A program made the translations under genes and the position numbers. Of a stretch of DNA of 64,000 nucleotides, positions 54,278 through 64,000 are shown piece by piece (within the stretch, counting starts at the first letter, position 1; each line of letters begins with the position of its first letter). The stretch comes from Felis catus (taxonomy: Eukaryota), in contig NC_058368.1 in assembly GCF_018350175.1 (NCBI RefSeq), forward strand, positions 56,794,001-56,858,000, in the 5' to 3' direction. The notes beneath the pieces were generated by a model that worked only from the letters and a program-made list of their open reading frames with translations, was not told the origin of the DNA and did not search any database.

Positions 54278-55330
54278 AATCTCTAGTACTTTTAGTATTT
54301 TCTTAGGATTTCCATTTCCCTGCTTACATTGCCCATCTGTTTTTATATGCTATTGACTTTATGCATCAGATCCTTCAGCATATCAATCAGAGGTATTTTA
54401 AATTACTAGTCTGCTAATTTAACATCTCTGACATGTTTGGTTCTGAGGCTTGCTCTGTCTCTTCAAATTGTGTTTTCTGTTTTGTGGTATGCCTTCTAAT
54501 TTTTTCCTGATAGCCAGACGTGATATACTGAGTAAAAGGAGCTTCTGCAAATAGTCCATTAGTAATGTGGTGGTGAGGAGTTGGGAGAAGGAAAGTTGTT
54601 CTATAGTCCCATTAAGGAGGCTCTTTTAACGAGCCAACGTCTCTGTACTGTGAACTTCATAAGAGTTTCTCAGTTTTTTCCCATACCTTAGGCAAGACAG
54701 GATGGCTAGAATAAACTAGAGTTGGATATTTTTCTTCTTCGAGGTGGAAGGCAAAAGCAGGCTGGAGTTGGGTATTTCTTTTCCCCCAGGTGAATTAGAT
54801 TCAGATAATACACAGCAGGTTAGGTTCTAGCTGACTAGTTTTCCCTAATGGCCAACCTTGTTAAGAAGGAAAGAATATCCTGGCCTATTTCAAAGTGGTT
54901 CTTTTTCCCCTCCCCCTGCCAGAAGGAAGTACAGAGATCTGTTCTCCCCCACCCCCCCAGCCCCCCAGTATATACTGTGGGAATCTGGCCAACCTCCTGG
55001 AGGAAAATCTCACAGTGTAGTGAGGCTTTTTCTGATTGGTTCCCCAGGAGTTTTTAACTCTCAGAGTTGTCCTCACAGAGCCTCCAGCCATCGGTGATTA
55101 CACTTGGGGTTTTCCTCCCTATTCTGGTTCCAGCAGCAGTTTCTACTCCCGGATTCTGAGTTCAGGTAGGACATGACTCTCTATACTCACCTGTCTCTTC
55201 AGTCTTAAGGACAGCAGTTTGCACTGTCTTCCCCTTTCTTATGAATCCGGGAAGTATTGTTAGTTTTTCCTTTTGTTCAGCTTTTCACTTATTAGGATGC
55301 AGGGTGGCTTCTGTGTACCTTACAGCTGAA
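53825..55330 (-). mobile_element. Old L1 5' region (5'UTR plus ORF1 coiled-coil part; L1MC/MD-like)
   Basis: Minus ORF 53663-53986 contains GLSSRLDLAEERISELED..QGPWDNYKR, resembling L1 ORF1p; the upstream extent is approximate. Confidence 0.8.
54005..54230 (-). mobile_element. CanSINE inside L1 ORF1
   Basis: Full antisense SINE; adjoined by (TG)n at 54233-54275. Confidence 0.95.
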
Positions 55331-56682
55331 CCAAAGCCCGCCAATTTTCTGTGTGGTTTCTCTCGTTGTTCTCACAAATGTTAGAGATCTCATTTTCCTG
55401 TTCTAGGTTTTCTTCTCCACACTCAACTCTGCATTATCACATATTTGTGTTTACTGAAAGTTCCCCCAGATATATCTTTCTGGTTCTTATTATTTCTTGA
55501 ACTTATTAACTATTAATCTTACTGTCTTCTGTACATTATTTTTGAGTTACCAAAAATGAATAAAAGCCCATGGTCAGAAATAAGTGTTCAGTGGGTAGTA
55601 AACTATTGATATTTGCAAATGCACCCTGACACAACAAAAGTTATTTATATAAAATTAAATAGTTAAATAAAATATATGTCAAAAAATCTCTTGAGAATTT
55701 AGAATGTGGTACAGCTATAAAACTTAACTAATTGAGAAAAGATATAAAATGTATAAGCATTGAGCCATGACAATTAATGTCTGCTAAGTATTGTGGTTGT
55801 ATTGGGGAAGATTTGCAAATAGTAAATATTTAAGCAATGTCTGTAATGCATATGCATTCACTAAGAGAATTCACAAATATGTGGGAACTTACTGTCAATG
55901 AAATACAGTAGTACATAAGAATATGGAGGAGTAATGGAGAACATTATTGCTCTTCAATGGCCATATTAAGGAGTATATTCCTGCTCCTTGTTAATAGATC
56001 TCATTTAGGAAAAGGTGAATTCATATTTGAACTCACACTATGAAGAGTCCTTAGACACTGTCATTACCACTGCCACTAAAAACAGCAGTAAGTTGATTAT
56101 ATGGGTGTATTAACTGTTTAGTGCAGATCTTAAAACTTAATCAAGCATATAATTCAAGAAATATGTAGAGTGCATTGGGTCTCATCACAGTGTTGAGGAG
56201 ATGCATTTTCTGTGTGTCAGATGAAAGAATCAAATATACTACTTACCTGAGGTTATGACAAAATAAAATGTTCTGGAAAAGTAATTTTTATAGATGACTA
56301 ATTTTTTTTCTCTTGATGTGCTAAATGTTTGAAAAATACCGGGTAGAATATTTTAGTGACATATTTTTAAAAGTAGAGACACTTATCCCTACCTAGAAGG
56401 ATAAATTAAACATGATATACTTTTTCATGATGGCTCAAGGTCATATCAACAAATATTAACATAAGTTATGGTCATGCAGTGATGTTCATTGGTGCTAATG
56501 AGGTGCACAGAGTTTTTGTCTTTTTTTTCTTTGCAATCTATGGATTCAAACTATTTTCCTTTTCCAAAAATAGTGGAAATACCTTTTTCCTGCTCTTTTG
56601 GATTTGGTCATGCGTTTTAAAAGCAGCTAGTCCACTCTCCCTGCCTTTTATATAATACTTAACTTTCTTTTATTTAAAAAAG

Positions 56683-56888
56683 ATTTTTTTTAAGTTTTAT
56701 GTATTTATTTTGAAAGAGACAGAGCAAGTGAGGGAGGGGCAGAGAGAGAGGGAGAGAGAGAGAGAGAATCCTAAGCAGGCGCACAGCTGGACACTGACAC
56801 AGGGCTCAACCTCATAAAACCGTGAAATCGTGACCCTAGCCAAAAGCAAGAGTCAGATGCTTAACCAACTGTGCCACCCAGGTGCCCC
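56683..56888 (-). mobile_element. CanSINE
   Basis: Antisense SINE ending gccacccaggtgcccc. Confidence 0.92.
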
Positions 56889-56991
56889 TATAATAGCTGC
56901 TTTCTTACTGAACTTCTAAGGTAAAGATAAAAGTTTTGTTCAAAGAAAATAACTATGTTACTTAAAATTCTAACTAGTATAGCAGGTGAGG

Positions 56992-57163
56992 TTTTTTTTG
57001 TTTGTTTTTTTGAGAGAGAGAGAGAGAGCATGTGTGAGGGGTAGGGGCAGAGAGAAAGGGAGAGAGAGGATCCTAAGCAGGGCTGGAGCCCAGGAACCAT
57101 GAGATCATGACCTGAGCCAAAATCAAGTGTGACAGTCCACCAACTGAGCCAACCAGGTGCCCC
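56992..57163 (-). mobile_element. CanSINE, internally deleted
   Basis: TSD agcaggtga / agcaagtga. Confidence 0.9.
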
Positions 57164-59709
57164 TGAGCAAGTGACCTTTGAAAGAAATCATTTATGTAAA
57201 TTATAAGACTTTTTTTCTTGTATTAAAAAAAGACTTATCTATAGGTTCTTTGTACTGCTTCTGAATTGTTTCTACTTGTGAATTATTAGAGAAGTGACAA
57301 CCAGGTTGGGAGCTCTTATTACCTTACAGTTACTGTTAATGCTGGGCAAATGCAGTAGCATTTGGTAACAGTAGTGTTACCCAAAGCCACAAGTAAAAAT
57401 ATTTTGTACAGTTTCTTCATGACATTTTAAGTGTAAATTCATATGTAAAATCATATGAAACTTTTTATGATGTAATGATGAACTCTAACTTTGAACTAGA
57501 ATGAATCTACAAAGCTTATAATGCTTATAAATGCTTCTGTGTTAATAATTTAAGACCCAAAATTGTAAAAACAAGGCTTCTCCTCAGTTGAAAAATCTTA
57601 TTATGTGCCTAGTAAATAGTTTTATTTTTACTTTTTAATCAGAAATGTTATCAAATGTACTACATAAGGGACTATTTAGTTGATGTTCTATTTTTTTTTT
57701 TTTTTAGATTTTTAAATGCTGATGTTTATATATGTGGTACCTGCATGATAATAGTTAAATACTAGTAAATCAAATTGTAATGATTAAAGTTTGGTGGTAT
57801 ATAGAATGTAGTACCAATTTTGAAATGAAAAATGATCTTTAAAGCCAGAAATCCATAGGGATATGAAGCAGAAATGGGAGAATAGTTTGCACTTTATTTC
57901 TATTCTAAATATTTTGCAGTCATGAGACTCAGTACAACTCTGTGAAGTTCTTCTTCTTACATAATTCATTGCAGGGCTTGTGAAATTCAATAAGAACACC
58001 AGTATGGCGGGTGATTTCAAACTTGCAAGTCACTGCACAGCTGAATTTTTGAAGGATAATGTCCATGTCTCCTCATATTTAACTTGAAGAATTTGTCAGA
58101 GTATCTGGCATATATTATAAATTCAAAATTTTCTGAAGAAATTAATATATGCCAAATATGTATAGAATCGAAACCATTGCAAAGCAGAAAAGAAAACTGG
58201 AAATTAAATATAATTTTAGAAAGTAAAGTAATCACTCTTCATTCTCCTATGTATTCTTTAGGCTCTATAAACAAACAACTACAGAAACTTGATCTTTTTT
58301 GTCATGAATTACATGGACTGTTCGCATTTTTTGGATACATACATTTATCTGACATAATTTTTTCCATCTCTGACTTTGTCCAATGTGCTGTTGTCTAGCA
58401 GACCAATGATTACGTAACAATGGCTCAGTTACAAAGATAAACCCTAATCTTACGTAACTGGCTGTCAAGTTAAAAAATGAATAAACCTATATGGCACAAG
58501 AAATAATACCTAGAAGTTTGATAAATGAAAGATAAAAACAAAAGCAGATTACTCATTGCAAATTATGTACTTTATATGGAAATATGGAATGGAATGAATT
58601 AGGGAGGTTTTGCTTCATTTAGAACCACTGCAATCAGCTGTTTGAAACATTACATTTGGCAAGTATCAGTTTAGTTTCAAAAGCTCTTATTTATTTTTTC
58701 TTTTCAAGTTTATGGAACTACTTTGGATTTCTTAAAATCCTTGGGAAAACTGTTAATTATTAGATCCCTTAATTAGTATATGCAGTTTTAATGTACAAGC
58801 TATTTACTGAGCACCACCCTTACAACAAGCACTGAGTGGAGGTGTGGGAAGACATTATTATTACATCATAAACAGTCCCATACACAAGCAGATTATTTCA
58901 TGGCAGAGAGAATAACATGTGGTCTGAAGAGTGTCCTCAAGAGTTGCAGGTTGTGATTGTATAACTTATGTAAGTTCAAGTTCATGGAGTGCTGCAGAGT
59001 TGGTTTAGCTGAATATTTGCTGGGTGGGGATTCAGGGAAAACTTTTTAGAGGGGAGCACCCTGAGCTGAGTCTTGATTAAGTCCGTTGCTACAGTTTGGC
59101 CAAGAGTCGCTTGCATTTTGAAGGCACTGTGTGCGCATCAAAGTTCAACAGTCAGTAAATGCTGTTATAACCAATTTTGACTATGTACGTATTCGACAAT
59201 TCTAGAACAATATAGAATGAAAAATATGAATTATCTGAAACTTTGGTGACAGATTATATGTGTATATATATTAAAAATGTTATTTTTCATGCATAAGATA
59301 TTGGAATACTTTAGAAATAAACACTGTTATAATAGAACTTTATCACTATAGATAGCTTTACTTAATACTAGCATTTAAGAAGGTTGTGGAATGAAATTAA
59401 TAAAAGATGGTGGTTTGGTCTGTCATATCATAAGGTTAACATAAAATAAATATAAATGCATGTGATTGGGATAAAACATGTTTTTATAAATAAATAAGTG
59501 TATATAATAATTAAATATGATTTTCATTTCTAACTTCTGGCCTAATATTAAAATATAACTTCTACAAGTGGAAAATCATACATATTCAAGGTTTTCCTAA
59601 TTATTTTAACTGGCTTTTGCAAAGCAGAGTTGTGAAATTACATTACTTTTTTTTTTTCCAAATTGTTTTGTTTAGTGATTTGTGGACACACTTAGAATAG
59701 AAGGATTTC

Positions 59710-59904
59710 TTTTCTGTTATTTTTTAAAGTTTATTCATTTATTTTGGGAAGGGGAGGGGAAGAAAGAGGGAGAGAGAATCCCAAGCAGGCTCTGTGCTGT
59801 CAGTGCAAAGGCCAACAAGGGGCTCAATCTCACCAACCATGAGATCATGACCTGAGCCAAATCCAAGGGTTGGATGCTTATCTGACTGAGCTTCCAGGCA
59901 CCCC
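59710..59904 (-). mobile_element. CanSINE
   Basis: TSD tagaatagaaggatttct / tagaatggaaggatttct. Confidence 0.95.
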
Positions 59905-60204
59905 TAGAATGGAAGGATTTCTAAGTTTAGTTTCAACTTTTTTTAGAGAATTTTGCTTTATACAAATGTAATGGGCTCCTATTATTTTTTAATACATGTA
60001 TTTTTTATTATACATGTATTTTTAAAATATGATTAAATGTTAGTCATTTTGTTTCTTAGAAAATAAATTTGTTAAAAATGATGATAAAGTTTAGTCATAT
60101 TCTAAAAATCATCACTCCCTATAAGGGGAAAAAGACAATGAGTATCAATGAATTTATTTTAAAAACTCTAGGAAACCTAAAAAGTTTGCTTGCTAGCTTG
60201 CTTT

Positions 60205-60238
60205 TTTGTTTCTTTTTTTAAAAGTTCATTTATTTATT

Positions 60239-60285
<47 letters not shown>

Positions 60286-60433
60286 TGGGAGAGGGGCAAA
60301 GAGAGAGAGAGAGAGAAGAGGATCCCAAGTAGGCTCCATGCTAACACGGGGCTTGATCTCACGTACCACGAGATCATAACCTGAGCTGAAATTAACAGGT
60401 GAAAGGTTAACTAACTGAGCCACCCAAGCCCCC
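60205..60433 (-). mobile_element. CanSINE with expanded (GA)n
   Basis: TSD agcttgcttt. Confidence 0.93.
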
Positions 60434-61626
60434 AGAAGCTTGCTTTCTTTATTCTTTTTTTTTAAATTACTAATCTTTATTTTTATTGAATTATAAATTA
60501 AGCTATAAATTAGATAGGTTACTTGACATATTTTTACATGTTCTTGGAACAAACGTATTTTTTTAAACATCTCTCATTTGATTTAGCTATATTTTATGTT
60601 TCTCAAAAAAATAGAGTATATATTATGTATGTTCTATTTCTAGAGTGTCCATAGTTTCATAAACAGGGTCACATACTTCAGTACATTTAATCATAGGAGA
60701 AATACATTTCTCTTTGTAAGTTAATTTGACATTTGAATATAACATCTCACATTCAAAATAGAACTTTCCAACAATCTTTCATATCTTTATATGATACATT
60801 TGAAAATACATTTTAATGGGATGTAATTTTAAATATGGTAACCTTTATAAATCACCTATAACAAAGATTTTCCTTTCTGTCTTTATTTTTCTTTCCAAAT
60901 GACCAATGAGAGAGTTGATGTTATACTAGTATGTTATACTCTACTATACTACAATTCCTGAGAATAGTCCAAAATGGATGCCATTGTCATCTCATTTGGA
61001 TGTGAGACACTATGAGTAATAAGATAAACAAATAAAAACTTTGGTCATGCCCAGATGAAACCATAGTGATAAAATCCCCTTTCATTAAACAGTTCCAATC
61101 AATCTGAAATTTAAAAAATATCATTCTAACAAAATTATTTTCTTTTTAGGTACTCTCAGTTTTTCTATGAAAAAAAGTTTTCAGTGATAGCCATAAGGTT
61201 TAGTTTGTCTCTATCTCTTGTGATGCTGTGAAATAATTGAGGAGACATATTTGTTCTATGACTAAAATTTAAGTACCTGGCTAATATTCCGTGCTCAGCT
61301 GCCAAGAATGTAGCTAAACAAAAAACACAAGAAAAATTGAAAAGTGAATAATTAGTTGCTATTTTTAATTTCATGATAACTAGAAATCATTCATGCATAT
61401 CATTAGTTGCTTTTAAAGAAAATGATAAGGATAAATGGAATATTCAGTGTGTATCATATATATATGTATATCATGTATATATATATGTGTGTGTGTATAA
61501 TATATAAAATTACATGTACACACACAATCTGGATTGAATATATAGACACTGAAAATGAAAATTCTTCTACTATAGTAGTAAATGCTGAAATTCATACCAA
61601 TATATGGAAGACCTTAACATGATTAC

Positions 61627-61810
61627 AGTATAAAAATTGTATAAAATAGTATAAAATTTTACACTTTTTTGTATAAAAATCCTAAACAGTTTTATGCTCC
61701 AATTTTAAATTGTATAAAAATAGTAAATTGTATAAATTGTATAAAAATATAAATTGTATAAAATACTAAAATTGTATAAATACTAAATAGCTATGATCCA
61801 ATTTTAAAAA
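61627..61810. repeat. Degenerate minisatellite of (A)AATTGTATAAA units
   Basis: Core TTGTATAAA recurs about seven times. Confidence 0.85.
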
Positions 61811-62029
61811 GGGAATCTGAAAAACATAAAGGTAATGATTCAGGGTGTGCCACTAAATATTGTAAGAACTAGAATTTATATTTTTGTATTCCAATAGCAG
61901 ATCTCATTTTATCATACATCATTGCTTTTTTACAGGAAACATATCTTTGTAGAAGAGCATGAATATATTTGAGAGTAGAGTGGGTAGTCTACTTATGTCA
62001 CCTCCATTCATATGCATATAACTTGTTTT

Positions 62030-63220
62030 GAAAATTTTAACAGTTTTATTGAAGTACAATTGATATACAGTTAGATGCACAAGTGTAAAGTGTACAGTTT
62101 GACAGGATCTGGCATATGTATTCATCTATGAAAACATCACAATCAAGACAATGACTCGTCCCCCAGAAGTTTCCTTTTGTTACTTTACATCCACATCCTT
62201 ACATCTTTCTTTGTCCCATTCATCCCCAGTCAACCACTGATCTGCTTTCTATTACTGTAGATTAGCTCATATTTTCTATAATTTTATATAAATGGAATGA
62301 TACAGTATGTATGATGTGATACAGTATGTCTAGTTTGTACAGTATGTTTTTGTCACTCAGCAAAACTAGTGGAGATTCACTTATATTGTATCTGTTCATT
62401 ACTTTCTTTGCTGAATAGTGTTCCATTATAAAGATATACAATGTTTATTGTTTCCAAGTTGACACATATGTGTGATGTTTTCCATTTTTGACTATTACAT
62501 ATAAAGCGCTTAAGCAAAAGTACTTACACTGACATATAGTTTTATTTACACTTGAAGTAGGAGTAGAATAACGGGTTCATGCTTAACTTAAAGAAATGCT
62601 TTCTGAGGTTGGTTCCCCCATTTTTTATTCTTCCCGGCAGTATATGAGGATTACAGTTGCTGATACTAACCAACGCTTTTTTTTTTATGTTTACTCTTTT
62701 TAATTTTAGCCATTCTGAGAGGTATGTAGTAGTATTTCATTGTTGAGTTTGGATATTCTTAATAATCAATAGTCTTGAGAATATGATCATTTGCTTATTG
62801 TCTATATAGCTTTTTAGATGAAATACTTGTTTGAATCTTTGTCCATTCTTTTTAAATGAAGCTGTTTTCCTTCCCTTATTATTGAGCTGTGAGAGTTTTT
62901 TGTTTTTGTTTTTGTTTTTAAATTCTGAATTCCCATCTTTGATACATGATTTATAAATGATTTTTTTTTCCAATTTTCCTTATCTTTTCATTATTTGAGC
63001 AGTGTCTTTTAAAGAATAGTAGTTTGGAATTTTAATGAAATATAATCTATATGTGTTTTTGGTGATTGTGTTTTTAGTGTCATATCTGAGAAATCTGTGT
63101 CTCACCTAATTTAACAATGCTTTTCACTTATTTTTTCTAGACATTGTAATCTTTGAGTTTTTCCATGTGGTGTCTGATCGATGTTGACTTAGTTTTTTCT
63201 AGATAGTGAGTTAATAGTTG
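62030..63220 (-). mobile_element. Old L1 3' end (L1MB/ME-like)
   Basis: cagttttattgaagtacaattgatatac..caaccactgatctgctttct..tataaatggaat..ttttagccattctg. Confidence 0.85.
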
Positions 63221-63284
63221 TTTATAATGATTAGTGGTATTTATTAGTGAATCCATTTGGTGCTAGAGATTTCTTCTTGGGAAA

Positions 63285-63588
<304 letters not shown>

Positions 63589-63784
63589 TTTGGGAAAATT
63601 TTTTTAAGTGTAAATTTAATTTTTAATAGATACAAGACTATTTGTTTATTTCTTCTTGAATGAGCTTTTGTAGTTTTTGTCCTTCAGGAAGTTTATCCAT
63701 TTTCTCTAAATTATTAAGTTTATTCTTATACAGTGGTCATGAGATTACATTTACAGATACTTTATCATTTTTTTATAATGATTA

Positions 63785-63990
63785 TTTCTTTTTAAGGGAG
63801 AGAGAGAGAGAGAGAGAGAGAGAGCATGTGCAGAGGAGGGGCAGAGAGAGAGAGGGAGACAGAATCTGAAGCAGGTTCCAAGCTCTGAGTTGTCAAGGCA
63901 GAACCCAACATGGGGCTGGGACTCACAAACCGCTAGATCATGACCTGAGCTGAAGTTGGACGCTTAACCGACTGAGGCACCCAGGCACCA
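63785..63990 (-). mobile_element. CanSINE
   Basis: Antisense SINE body. Confidence 0.92.
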
Positions 63991-64000
63991 CAATTTTATT

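Overview
AT-rich, repeat-dense mammalian non-coding DNA. It is almost certainly felid (cat family), because it holds about 33 tRNA-derived carnivore SINEs, five of them of the young Felis-type (SINEC_Fc-like) variant. I could not support any protein-coding exon. The ORF track is explained by SINEs, microsatellites, L1 remnants and one 5'-truncated, disabled RPSA processed pseudogene (about 48062-48629). The rest is old L1 (mostly minus strand), L2/MIR and MaLR/ERVL LTR remnants. The most notable observations are mechanistic: (1) an apparent L1 3'-transduction of about 690 bp of foreign DNA that splits an older L1 (37914-39025); (2) an exact 45-nt templated copy placed inside a (TA)n microsatellite (39691-39735 = 40939-40983); (3) a SINE/RPSA/unknown composite; (4) two twin-primed L1 inversions; (5) a paired TTACGTAA PAR-bZIP-type motif and a recursive-splice-like motif. 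I found no convincing new biological system. Repeat subfamily names are from memory of consensus sequences, and boundaries of old repeats are approximate.
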